Source of the DNA: an uncultured Bacillota bacterium | Lineage (GTDB): Bacteria > Bacillota_I > Bacilli_A > RF39 > UBA660 | DNA: 64,000 bases | Assembly (NCBI GenBank): GCA_905205665.1 | Contig: CAJLEF010000001.1 | Span: 15,120 to 79,119 of the forward strand | Reading direction: 5' to 3' | Shown: piece by piece, positions 18,197-27,578 of the stretch | Numbering within the stretch: position 1 is the first letter of the stretch | Layout of the letters: each line of letters begins with the position of its first letter | Program-made: the position numbers and the translations under genes | Notes under the pieces: generated by a model | Database searches by the model: none | What the model saw: only the letters and a program-made list of their open reading frames with translations | What the model was told of the DNA's origin: nothing

Positions 18197-19960
18197 ATGA
18201 ATAAAATACGTGTAATGGATGAGACACTTGCCAATAAAATTGCCGCTGGTGAAGTCGTTGAAAAATGTTCTTCTATTATTAAAGAATTATGTGAAAATAG
18301 TATTGATGCGGGCGCTACGATCATTGAAGTGAATTTAATAGAAGGTGGTAAAAAGAAAATCGAGGTCATCGATAATGGTTCAGGAATGAGTAGGGAAGAT
18401 GCTCGTTTATCTTTTCAAAGACATGCGACGAGTAAGATTTATAAAGATGATGATTTATTTTTCATTGACACTTTAGGTTTCCGTGGTGAAGCCTTGCCTT
18501 CTATTGCCAGTGTTTCTAAAACAGAAATGACAACAAGTGATGGTGCTGTTGGAACACATATTATTATTGAAGGCGGTCATATTATCGTAGATGAACCTGG
18601 GGCTTTAAGAAAAGGAACTAAAATTACGGTTACAAATCTTTTCTATAATACGCCAGCTAGATTAAAATATTTGAAAAGTGATCCTGCCGAACTTGCTGGC
18701 TGTGTAAGTTACCTTGAAAAACTTTCTTTGGCACACCCTAATATTTCTTTTACGCTTAACCATGATGGGAAAGATTTAGTCAAAACAAGTGGAAGTGGGG
18801 ATTTATTAAAAACAATTCATGAAATTTATGGAGTTAGTGTTTCTTCAAAAATGATTGAAGTAAAAAATAGCAATGATGACTTTGATTTACAAGGTTACAT
18901 TGCCAAACCTGAAATTTTGAAAAGTAATCGTAATCATATGATTGTCATGGTAAATGGACGTGTTGTAAAAAATTATGATGTGAATAAAGCTATTAATGAT
19001 GCGTATTATACATATAAACCAGATATTAAATTTCCGATTGTTGTTTTAAATATTTATACTGACCCGACATTAATAGATGTTAATATTCATCCAACTAAGC
19101 AAGATATTAAAATTGAAAAAATGCCTGTTTTATATGATTTAATTTATAACACCTTAAAACAAGCTCTTTATAAGGCCCTTTTAATACCAGATGCTGTTTT
19201 AAGAATGCCAGAAAGTAATCCTTTTAAAGAAGAAATCGTGGAAAATGTTGTAAAAGAAACGGAAGAAGAAGTAAAGCCTACTAATGTTCAAACCACTTTT
19301 GATTTTGTAAGAGCAGAAGAAAGTGAAACGAAAGAAGCACCTACAGAAGAAGTTGTTGTTAATCCTGAAATGAAAAAGTTAAAACTTTATCCCGTAGGAG
19401 TTGCTCATGGTACATACATTATTGCCGAGAATGAAAACGGTGTTTATTTAATTGATCAACATGCCGCTCAAGAAAGAGTAAACTATGAAAGAAATATGAG
19501 AGCCCTAAAGGCTAAAGAAGTAAGTACCACTAACTTATTATTTCCAATTACGATTGAATTAAATGGCAGTGATTTTTTAAAATTAAAAAATGAACTTCCT
19601 GTTTTAACAGAAATGGGCTTTCAAATAGAAGAATTTGGTGTTAACACTTTTGTGGTTAAAGCTCATCCTACATGGCTTTTAAAAGGACACGAAGAAGAAA
19701 GTATAAGAAGAATTATTGATCTTATTATCGCCGGTTTAGATGGTTTTGACCGTGTTAAATTTAATGAAAGCATTGCTATTACTTTATCTTGTAAAATGAG
19801 TATTAAAGCCAATATGCATATTTCTCATGAAGCCCAAGAGGAGTTATTAGACGAGCTTTGTGCTTGTGATAATCCTTATAATTGTCCTCATGGAAGACCT
19901 ACTATTATTAAATTTAGTATCTATGATTTGGAACGTATGTTTAAAAGAAGTATGAATTAA
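18197..19960 (+). CDS. mutL: DNA mismatch repair protein MutL
   Basis: IAAGEVVE...ELCENSIDAGAT, DNGSGM, GFRGEAL, and the C-terminal endonuclease motifs DQHAAQERV and CPHGRP. Confidence 0.95.
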   Translation: MNKIRVMDETLANKIAAGEVVEKCSSIIKELCENSIDAGATIIEVNLIEGGKKKIEVIDNGSGMSREDARLSFQRHATSKIYKDDDLFFIDTLGFRGEALPSIASVSKTEMTTSDGAVGTHIIIEGGHIIVDEPGALRKGTKITVTNLFYNTPARLKYLKSDPAELAGCVSYLEKLSLAHPNISFTLNHDGKDLVKTSGSGDLLKTIHEIYGVSVSSKMIEVKNSNDDFDLQGYIAKPEILKSNRNHMIVMVNGRVVKNYDVNKAINDAYYTYKPDIKFPIVVLNIYTDPTLIDVNIHPTKQDIKIEKMPVLYDLIYNTLKQALYKALLIPDAVLRMPESNPFKEEIVENVVKETEEEVKPTNVQTTFDFVRAEESETKEAPTEEVVVNPEMKKLKLYPVGVAHGTYIIAENENGVYLIDQHAAQERVNYERNMRALKAKEVSTTNLLFPITIELNGSDFLKLKNELPVLTEMGFQIEEFGVNTFVVKAHPTWLLKGHEEESIRRIIDLIIAGLDGFDRVKFNESIAITLSCKMSIKANMHISHEAQEELLDELCACDNPYNCPHGRPTIIKFSIYDLERMFKRSMN

Positions 19961-19970
19961 AGGTGATAAA

Positions 19971-20825
19971 ATGATTATTGCAATAACTGGACCAACGGGT
20001 GTTGGTAAAACAAAATTAAGTGTAGCCCTTGCTAAAAAATATCACGGGATTATTGTTAACTGTGATGCCATGCAAGTTTATAAAGGTATGGATATTGGCA
20101 CGGCGAAGATAAAAGAAAGTGAAAAAGAAGGGGTGAATCATTATCTTTTTGACATAGTTTCCCCAGAAGTTAATTACACTGTTTATGATTATCAAAAAGA
20201 TGCCCGAAAAATTATTGAAGAAAATAAAGATAAAACTATTATTTTTGTCGGCGGTACAGGCCTTTATTTAAAAGCTGCTTTATTTGATTATCGTTTTTCT
20301 GTAGAAGAAAATAAAGAAACTTATGAAGAATATAGTAATGAAGAAGTTTATCAGATGTGTTTAAAAAAAGATGAAAAATGTTTAATTCATCCCAATAATC
20401 GTCGGCGTATGATAAGATTTTTACAAAAAGAAACAACTTCTTTAGTTGAACCAAAGCTTCTTTATAATACTATTTTTATTGGTCTTACGACGGATAGAAA
20501 TAATTTATATAACATTATTGATAAAAGAGTTGATATGATGTTTGCAGAAGGACTTCTAGAGGAAGTAAGAAAGTTTTATAATGAACATTTAAATTCTAAA
20601 GCTTTACAAACGGCTATCGGCTATAAAGAATTATATTCATATTTTGATGGTAATCTTTCTTTAGAGGAAACGAAAGAACTTATCAAAAAAAACTCTCGGC
20701 ATTATGCCAAGAGACAATATACTTTTTTTAATCATCAATTACCAATTCATTGGTTTTCCGTTTGTTATGAAGATTTTTCTAAAACGATTGATGATGTATC
20801 ATCTTTTATTGAAAAGCAAGTTTAG
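19971..20825 (+). CDS. miaA: tRNA dimethylallyltransferase MiaA
   Basis: P-loop ITGPTGVGKT, DAMQVYKGMDIGTAK, GGTGLY. It follows mutL as in many Firmicutes. Confidence 0.9.
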   Translation: MIIAITGPTGVGKTKLSVALAKKYHGIIVNCDAMQVYKGMDIGTAKIKESEKEGVNHYLFDIVSPEVNYTVYDYQKDARKIIEENKDKTIIFVGGTGLYLKAALFDYRFSVEENKETYEEYSNEEVYQMCLKKDEKCLIHPNNRRRMIRFLQKETTSLVEPKLLYNTIFIGLTTDRNNLYNIIDKRVDMMFAEGLLEEVRKFYNEHLNSKALQTAIGYKELYSYFDGNLSLEETKELIKKNSRHYAKRQYTFFNHQLPIHWFSVCYEDFSKTIDDVSSFIEKQV

Positions 20826-21799
20826 GCTTGTTTTTCTTTTAATTCAGGATAAATACTTGTTTTAAATTGGTGTTCTAAAACAGGAACATCCCCACTGTCA
20901 ATTTCTTTTAGTTCTTTAGTTGTGATTAAAAAATATTTATGTTGTAAATAATCTTTTCCATCATTACTAACAGGATCATCCCAAGTAAGGTCTAGATGAT
21001 ACCAATTATTATTTAAATAAACAGCATTCCAAACATGACCATCTATAGTTTCATTATCTTCTGGAGTCATGGCAACTTTGAAATTAGGAATGTTCATTTT
21101 GATAAGAAATAAGGCCATGGCATCTGTGTAACCATTGCAAGTGGCATATCCTTCTAAAAGAGGACCATAAGCCGTGTAAGAATGATAAGGACTTTTCCCA
21201 TCATTATTTCTCGCTACATCATATTTGGTATTATTGATGATATAATCATGAATCGCTTTTATTTTATCTTCGGTACTCATAGAATCGTTTATTTGTTTTT
21301 TTAGTATTTCATCTACTTTATCGTTAATTACTTTTATCTCATCTTCTGTATAAAAATAGTCAATAGAAACTGTGATTTCTCTGTTTTCACTAATAATAGT
21401 TTTTACGTTGGAAAAGCCATTAAAAGGATGAACGTAGTTATTTAGATGAGTTAGAAGATCTTGATTCTGACTCATATCTTTCACGTCATTTAAACATTCA
21501 GTATACTCACTAGGACAATAAAAGGTAAATTTTTTCCAACCACTGTTAACAATAGTATAAAAAATATTTTTAATGTCGCCTTTACTTAAAGGAATAAAAT
21601 TATCGGTATTTTTGACAAATTGATAAGTATCATTTTTAAAATATTCATTTTTTTCTTCTAAAGTAATTTGAGTATCTTTTTGAATAAATTTTTCTAACCA
21701 AACCGTTGCTTTATCAAGGTTAGCTACGACAAAAATAAGCCAACCAAAACAAAAGGCTAGGGTAATTATATTTAATATTCTTTTTTTCATATTCATCAC
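20822..21799 (-). CDS. Membrane-anchored transglutaminase-like cysteine protease-fold protein
   Basis: N-terminal TM. Cys-His-Asp core pattern TCNGYTDAM ... DGHVWNAVY ... HLDLTWDD. Confidence 0.7.
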   Translation of the reverse strand: MMNMKKRILNIITLAFCFGWLIFVVANLDKATVWLEKFIQKDTQITLEEKNEYFKNDTYQFVKNTDNFIPLSKGDIKNIFYTIVNSGWKKFTFYCPSEYTECLNDVKDMSQNQDLLTHLNNYVHPFNGFSNVKTIISENREITVSIDYFYTEDEIKVINDKVDEILKKQINDSMSTEDKIKAIHDYIINNTKYDVARNNDGKSPYHSYTAYGPLLEGYATCNGYTDAMALFLIKMNIPNFKVAMTPEDNETIDGHVWNAVYLNNNWYHLDLTWDDPVSNDGKDYLQHKYFLITTKELKEIDSGDVPVLEHQFKTSIYPELKEKQA

Positions 21800-21890
21800 A
21801 TTAATATTCTATCAAATATAAATTTCTTGTGCAATTGTTACCGAAAATAAAAATAGGTATCCAAGTAAATATTCTTGCCCAAAATTGTAG

Positions 21891-22058
21891 ATGAATTTAA
21901 AAAAAAGTGATAAAATCAAATCTAGAAGAAATAGTTTAGAAGAAAGAAGTGAAAATATTATTGAGAATGCCAGACTTTCTAAGGGGATTTCTCAAAGAGA
22001 ACTTGCTAAATTATTGGGAATAAGTGGAAGTATTTTAAATGGCCTTTTGATGAATTAG
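21891..22058 (+). CDS. Short XRE-type helix-turn-helix ORF, possibly truncated or frameshifted
   Basis: 55-aa ORF below the track cutoff, containing LSKGISQRELAKLLGISGSIL. The recognition-helix region ends abruptly. A second frame continues (WPFDELEDVEHKYDYAKLSKDI) to 22106, just before the methylase RBS. Confidence 0.35.
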   Translation: MNLKKSDKIKSRRNSLEERSENIIENARLSKGISQRELAKLLGISGSILNGLLMN

Positions 22059-22119
22059 AAGATGTGGAACATAAATATGATTATGCTAAATTATCAAAAG
22101 ACATATAGGAGGTTTTAAT

Positions 22120-22974
22120 ATGATAAAAGGAAAGCCGTTTGTAAAATGGGCTGGTGGAAAAAGACAAATAATAGATAAATTAAAGCAATATGTTCCATAT
22201 GAGTTTAATACGTATTATGAACCATTTATAGGTGGAGGAGCATTATTGTTTGAACTTTCACCTAAAAAAGCCGTTATTAATGATTATAACAAAGAACTTA
22301 TGAATGTATATGAATGTATTAAAGATGAAAAAAAATTCGAAGCAATGTGTAGAGAATTAAATCATCATGAAATTGAACATTCAGAAAAATACTATTATGA
22401 AGTTAGAAATATTGATAGAGATAAAAAGAAGTTTAATAAGTTAGCAGATTACAAAAGAGCAGCTCGTACTATTTATTTAAATAAAGCTTGTTTTAACGGA
22501 TTATATAGAGTTAATAGTAAGAATGAATTTAATGTACCATTTGGTAAGAAAACTAAAGTAAATACTTACGAAGGACAAAATTTAGGTATTATATGTGGTT
22601 ATTTAAATTATAACGATATTAAGTTATTGTCAGTTGATTTTGAAGAAGCAATAAAGGATGCAAAAAAAGGAGATTTTATTTATTTTGATCCACCTTACGA
22701 TTCTGATACATCTACATTTAATAGTTATACTGAAGATGGTTTTGGAAAAGAAGAACAAAAAAGACTTGCTAAAGTATTTAAAGAATTGTCAGAAAGAGGT
22801 TGTTATGTAATGCTTTCTAATCACAATACAACTTTAATAAATGATTTATATAAAGATTTTCATATACATGTAATTGAGGCTAAAAGAAACATAAATGCTA
22901 ATGGAAAGAAAAGGGGAAAAGTAGAAGAGGTTATTATAACAAACTTTGAAAATGAAAAAAGTTTTGATAAATAG
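22120..22974 (+). CDS. dpnM: Dam-family N6-adenine DNA methyltransferase (GATC), DpnM-like
   Basis: FVKWAGGKRQ, YYEPFIGGGALLF, CFNGLYRVNSKNEFNVPFG, FIYFDPPY and VMLSN align closely along the whole length with my recollection of pneumococcal DpnM. Confidence 0.85.
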   Translation: MIKGKPFVKWAGGKRQIIDKLKQYVPYEFNTYYEPFIGGGALLFELSPKKAVINDYNKELMNVYECIKDEKKFEAMCRELNHHEIEHSEKYYYEVRNIDRDKKKFNKLADYKRAARTIYLNKACFNGLYRVNSKNEFNVPFGKKTKVNTYEGQNLGIICGYLNYNDIKLLSVDFEEAIKDAKKGDFIYFDPPYDSDTSTFNSYTEDGFGKEEQKRLAKVFKELSERGCYVMLSNHNTTLINDLYKDFHIHVIEAKRNINANGKKRGKVEEVIITNFENEKSFDK

Positions 22975-22990
22975 TTAAGGAGGTGGCAAT

Positions 22991-23758
22991 ATGTCTAAGA
23001 AACCATATTATGAAACAGATGGTTTTAAATTGATAAAAGGAGATTCATTTAAAGAATTAAAAAAGATTGAACCTAAATCAATAGACATGATTTTTGCAGA
23101 CCCTCCTTATTTTTTATCTGGAGATGGTATAAGTAGTAGTGCAGGTAAAATGGTAAGTGTAAAAAAAGGTGAGTGGGATGAGAAAATAGATATTGATAAA
23201 AAACATAAATTTAATCGAAAATGGATTAAGTTGTGCTACAATCTTTTAAAAGATGAAGGAACAATATGGATTAGTGGAACAATGCATAATATTTACTCAA
23301 TAGGTATGGCATTGGAACAAGAAGGCTTTAAAATAATAAATAATATAACTTGGAAAAAATTAAATCCACCACCGAATATAAGCTGTCGTGCATTTGTTCA
23401 CTCAACAGAAACAATTTTATGGGCAAAAAAAGATATTAAAAAGGCAAAACATAAATTTAATTATTCCTTGATGAAAGAGTTAAATGATAATAAGCAAATG
23501 AAAGATGTTTGGGAGTCATCATTAACTAAACCTAGTGAGAAAAAGCAAGGAAAACATCCCACTCAAAAACCTATTGCCATATTAGAAAGAATAATATTGG
23601 CATCTACAGATGAAGGAGATTTAATTTTAGATCCATTTAATGGTTCTGGTACAACTGGTATTGTAGCGAATAAATTAAATAGAAAATATATAGGAATAGA
23701 ACAAGAAAAAGAATATCTTGATTTAACGATTAGAAGAAAGGAAGAAAATGATGAATAG
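22991..23758 (+). CDS. dpnA: Second N6-adenine DNA methyltransferase, DpnA-like (beta class)
   Basis: The catalytic FADPPYF lies near the N-terminus and the SAM-binding LDPFNGSGTTG near the C-terminus. Second gene of a DpnII-type cassette. Confidence 0.8.
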   Translation: MSKKPYYETDGFKLIKGDSFKELKKIEPKSIDMIFADPPYFLSGDGISSSAGKMVSVKKGEWDEKIDIDKKHKFNRKWIKLCYNLLKDEGTIWISGTMHNIYSIGMALEQEGFKIINNITWKKLNPPPNISCRAFVHSTETILWAKKDIKKAKHKFNYSLMKELNDNKQMKDVWESSLTKPSEKKQGKHPTQKPIAILERIILASTDEGDLILDPFNGSGTTGIVANKLNRKYIGIEQEKEYLDLTIRRKEENDE

Positions 23759-24608
23759 AAATTTTAATGATTGGTTAAGTAAATTTAAAGCAAGTATTTC
23801 AAATTATAGTTATTATGTTGATTTTAACAAGATATATGGAAATGTAGACAAAATAAAAATTGAACTTAATATTTTAAATTCTTTAATTGGCAGTCAAAAT
23901 ATAGAAGAAGAATTTAGAAATATTATTTTTAAATATCCTGAAACATTGGAGTGTATTCCAGTTTTATTGGCAGTTAGATCAAATGAAATTTTTGTTAAAG
24001 ATGAATTTGATGAATATTTATTCAAATTTAATAAAATGGTTTATTCAATTGATGATTATGTAAAATTCATGAAAGAAACTGGGTTATTTGATTTATTAGA
24101 AAATCATTTGATAAATAATTTATATGATTATGTTTTAGGTGTTGAAGTAGGATTGGATTCAAATGGTAGAAAAAATCGTGGTGGACATTTAATGGAAGAT
24201 TTAGTAGAAAGTTATATTGTAAAGGCTGGATATGAAAAGAATGTTAATTATTTTAAAGAAATGTATTTAAGTGACATTGAAAAAAGATGGGGATTAGATT
24301 TATCTGCGATGTCTGGTGATAATACTTCTACAAAAAGATTTGATTTTGTTATTAAAACTGATAATCAGGTATATGTTATAGAAACTAATTTTTATGCTTC
24401 AGGTGGTTCGAAATTAAATGAAACAGCAAGAAGTTATAAAATGTTAGCAGAAGAATCAAAAAAAGTTGGTGGAGTAACATTTATATGGTTCACAGATGGA
24501 AAAGGTTGGAATAGTGCAAGAAAGAATCTTGAGGAAACATTTAATGAATTAGATACTTTATATTCAATAAATGATTTGGAAAATGGTGTGTTAAATAATT
24601 TGGAGTGA
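23748..24608 (+). CDS. dpnB: Type II restriction endonuclease, DpnII/MboI family (GATC)
   Basis: NFNDWLS..., LNSLIGSQNIEEEF, GVEVGLDSNGRKNRGG, KRFDFVIK and NFYASGGSKLNETARSYKMLAEE match my recollection of DpnII almost block for block. Confidence 0.82.
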   Translation: MMNRNFNDWLSKFKASISNYSYYVDFNKIYGNVDKIKIELNILNSLIGSQNIEEEFRNIIFKYPETLECIPVLLAVRSNEIFVKDEFDEYLFKFNKMVYSIDDYVKFMKETGLFDLLENHLINNLYDYVLGVEVGLDSNGRKNRGGHLMEDLVESYIVKAGYEKNVNYFKEMYLSDIEKRWGLDLSAMSGDNTSTKRFDFVIKTDNQVYVIETNFYASGGSKLNETARSYKMLAEESKKVGGVTFIWFTDGKGWNSARKNLEETFNELDTLYSINDLENGVLNNLE

Positions 24609-24614
24609 TAAGCA

Positions 24615-26372
24615 GTGAATAATAGAATAATTAATAGTTATGTAGAAAATTTTTGCGGACAAAACGATTTTGATTCAAATAAATTTTTGTTATTTTCTAC
24701 ATATCAAATTTGTAAAAAACATAATTTAGATGAAAATATGTTAATTGATTGTGTTGTAGAAGGTGGAGGAGATGGTGGATTAGACTCTATTGTTGCATTA
24801 GTAGATAAAAAATATATATATTCTTTAGATGAATTTAATGAGTATGCTGAACAAATTAATGAAAACTCAAGAATAGATTTATACTTTATACAAGCAAAAG
24901 AAACAAATGGCATAAAAGAAACAGCATTTATGAAAATTAAAGATGTATTTGAAAAGTTGTTAGTTTCCAACAGTATAACAAAAGAATTAAGAATACAATA
25001 TAATCAAGTGTTAATAGAAAAATTCGAGTTAATAAATGAAATAATTATTAAATCATCTCCTAAAACAAATAATATATATATTAATGTTGCATATGCATAT
25101 ACAGGAAATTTAGATAAAGATAGTATTTCAATAGGAACTAAAAATCAAATTGATTCTATAAAAAAACTAGTTAGCGATACAACATATATAAATGAAGCAA
25201 ATATATCCGTTGATATTTTTGATAGTAATAAATTAATTAACATAGCTAATAAAAGCATACAAAAAAATTATATAATAAAATATAAAACGATTTTTAAAAT
25301 GAATTATAGATCAGATAGTGAAAATGGTTTTGTTATGAATATGTCTATAAAGGATTATTATAATTTAATAACACAAGATAATGAAATTATCGATGTATTA
25401 TTTGAAGGTAATATTCGCGATTTTGAAGGTCAAACAGTTGAGGTGAATAAAAATATAAAAAACACACTTGAAGAAGTTTATGATGCAGATTTTTGGTGGC
25501 TAAATAACGGCATAACTATGATAGTTGATTCGTATACTCCATTGCCAAATGATAGTGCGAAGGTTGTAAATCCTATAATAGTTAATGGACTTCAAACTTC
25601 ATATACAATATTTAATTATTTTAAAGAAAATATTGATAAGCTAGAAAATGAAGACAGAAACATATTACTTAAAATAGTTAATACTGATAGCATAAATATC
25701 TCTGATATGATTATATCATCAACGAATAGGCAAAATGCTGTTAAACCAGCACAACTAAAAGCTACAGATCCGATACAAAAAGACATAGAACAATTATTGT
25801 TGAAAAATGGTATATATTATGAAAGAAGAAAAAATTATTATAAAAACAGAGGAATTGATAAACATAAAATAGTGACATTAGAAAACTTAGCTCAATATTT
25901 AGAATCAATTTATTATGGTAATTGCAGTGGAGCACGTAATAATCCAACTACATTATTAAAAAGTGAAAAACTTTATAACAAATTATTTAATAATAGTATA
26001 AATCCTAATATATATACTATAACATCTGAAGTTGCTCTAAAAACATTAGAATGTTTAAGAAAAATCAAAAAAAATAATGATGATATTTTTAACAAAAAAC
26101 ATTCTGTTTCATTAGATATATTTAAATTTTATATTATGAGAATGATTGTATTATGTTTATGTGATAACAACATAAGTGAAAACTACTTAGAAATAGATTT
26201 AGAAAAAATAGATTATGATTTAACAGTAAATATTATTAATAAATTAGAATCTATAGTATCAGATATAAAAGATGATAACGATAATATCATTAATATTTCT
26301 AAATCAAAAGAATTAGATAATAAAATTAATTCAGAAGATTTGTCTGAAATATGCTTAAAAGTAACTACTTAA
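24615..26372 (+). CDS. AIPR-family abortive-infection/phage-resistance protein
   Basis: GTG start 6 nt after the endonuclease stop. N-terminal nuclease-like GGGDGGLDSIV...LYFIQAKE. Central FWWLNNGITMIV...IVNGLQTS is typical of the AIPR C-terminal domain. Confidence 0.72.
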   Translation: MNNRIINSYVENFCGQNDFDSNKFLLFSTYQICKKHNLDENMLIDCVVEGGGDGGLDSIVALVDKKYIYSLDEFNEYAEQINENSRIDLYFIQAKETNGIKETAFMKIKDVFEKLLVSNSITKELRIQYNQVLIEKFELINEIIIKSSPKTNNIYINVAYAYTGNLDKDSISIGTKNQIDSIKKLVSDTTYINEANISVDIFDSNKLINIANKSIQKNYIIKYKTIFKMNYRSDSENGFVMNMSIKDYYNLITQDNEIIDVLFEGNIRDFEGQTVEVNKNIKNTLEEVYDADFWWLNNGITMIVDSYTPLPNDSAKVVNPIIVNGLQTSYTIFNYFKENIDKLENEDRNILLKIVNTDSINISDMIISSTNRQNAVKPAQLKATDPIQKDIEQLLLKNGIYYERRKNYYKNRGIDKHKIVTLENLAQYLESIYYGNCSGARNNPTTLLKSEKLYNKLFNNSINPNIYTITSEVALKTLECLRKIKKNNDDIFNKKHSVSLDIFKFYIMRMIVLCLCDNNISENYLEIDLEKIDYDLTVNIINKLESIVSDIKDDNDNIINISKSKELDNKINSEDLSEICLKVTT

Positions 26373-26432
26373 TAACATATATGTATATAATGTCATAATG
26401 TCATTAGTTAAAAAATATTAGGAGGTTTGGAT

Positions 26433-27101
26433 ATGAAAACGAGAAGTCAAATTATAATTGATTTAATTAATAATAAAATAAATATTACTCAAGCTATGGA
26501 TACTTTAAAAATATTATTAAATGATATAGACAATCCAGAAATTAAAAATTGGTTGCTAAAAGAAATTGACGGTTATAATCAAGATGATGATATTCCAAAA
26601 TATAGAATTGTTCCAGCAACTATCACTGGAGAATATCTTGCAAGTTATGGAAGGATTCATGCAAAAAAACACCCAATACCTATCGATCCACAATATATAG
26701 CTGATTGGAATTCAGTAAAAATTTTTGCTGGAATAAATGAAATATACCAATTTTCATTAGCAGAACAAAAAGAAGACAGTCATCACTTATCAATATCATT
26801 ACATCCAGTTTTAGTCAATCAAATAGCAATGATCGATGGCGAAGTGTTAGAAGCACATCAAGATTTATCAATTTATGCTTATACTAATGTAATAGGAAAA
26901 TTAAAAGAAATAATACTTGATATTTTATTAAAATTAGAAAAAGAATATGGAAATTTAGATAGCTATTATATTGAATTTGAGAATGATGAAAAAGAAAAGC
27001 AAACAATAAATTATATTATTAGCATAATAGACAATTCAATTAAATTTGGAGATAAGAATACTATAAAAAATTCTAATATTGGTGATGAAAATGAAAATTA
27101 A
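26433..27101 (+). CDS. AbiTii-domain-like protein
   Basis: ATG 26433 lies 7 nt after GGAGG. The N-terminal pattern ...LKILLNDIDNPEIKNWLLKEIDGYNQDDDIPKYRIV resembles the ...W...ELNGY....PxYR signature I recall for AbiTii-domain proteins. Confidence 0.5.
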   Translation: MKTRSQIIIDLINNKINITQAMDTLKILLNDIDNPEIKNWLLKEIDGYNQDDDIPKYRIVPATITGEYLASYGRIHAKKHPIPIDPQYIADWNSVKIFAGINEIYQFSLAEQKEDSHHLSISLHPVLVNQIAMIDGEVLEAHQDLSIYAYTNVIGKLKEIILDILLKLEKEYGNLDSYYIEFENDEKEKQTINYIISIIDNSIKFGDKNTIKNSNIGDENEN

Positions 27102-27258
27102 AATTGGAAAGAAAAATAAATTTAATAATGTAAATATGGGTAATAACAATATAATTAACGAAGATAAAAACAATAAATCAAATATTATCATAGATATAAT
27201 TGTCGGAATAATAGTTGCAGTTATTGGAGCTATAATTATAAAATTATTAAAAATATAA
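27085..27258 (+). CDS. Unannotated 57-aa tail-anchored membrane peptide
   Basis: ATG 27085 overlaps the last 17 nt of the preceding gene in another frame. MKMKIKIGKKNKFNNVNMGNNNIINEDKNNKSNIIIDIIVGIIVAVIGAIIIKLLKI has a basic/Asn-rich head and one C-terminal TM. It falls below the 60-aa cutoff of the ORF track. Confidence 0.35.
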   Translation: MKMKIKIGKKNKFNNVNMGNNNIINEDKNNKSNIIIDIIVGIIVAVIGAIIIKLLKI

Positions 27259-27578
27259 ATAGCTGACAAGTATTTCTACCCATCAGCTACCCATCAAATT
27301 CATGTAAATTTATCAATTTTTGATTAAATTTTGTTAAACTTAAAATGGGTTATATGTCGTTATTGCAAGATTTTAAACAATCCTCTTTTTTAATATAATA
27401 GCCCCCTGAAAAGAGCACTTTAAAATAAAATTCATTTCTTTTTAAAGAATAAAGTTTAGTTTTATCAAAATTATTATTATAAATAGTTCAGACTAAATGA
27501 CATAAATCTTTGTTGTTAAAGTATTAAAAAAATAACATTCTCTTAATAATTGTGATATGCTTATAATAGTAAAGGAGA

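Noticed and set aside
27036-27269. A 77-aa hydrophobic reverse-strand ORF at the end of the defence island.
   Set aside because: It mirrors the forward 57-aa peptide ORF. The forward frame has a start coupled to the upstream gene and a sensible head-plus-TM layout. The reverse frame has no RBS and would face an incoming operon.
27259-27578. A 320-nt intergenic region at the right edge of the defence island, examined for an att site, tRNA fragment, riboswitch or small gene.
   Set aside because: Only a trivial short repeat (CCATCAGCTACCCATCA) was seen. There is no matching sequence at the left boundary and no recognisable RNA motif, so nothing is supportable.
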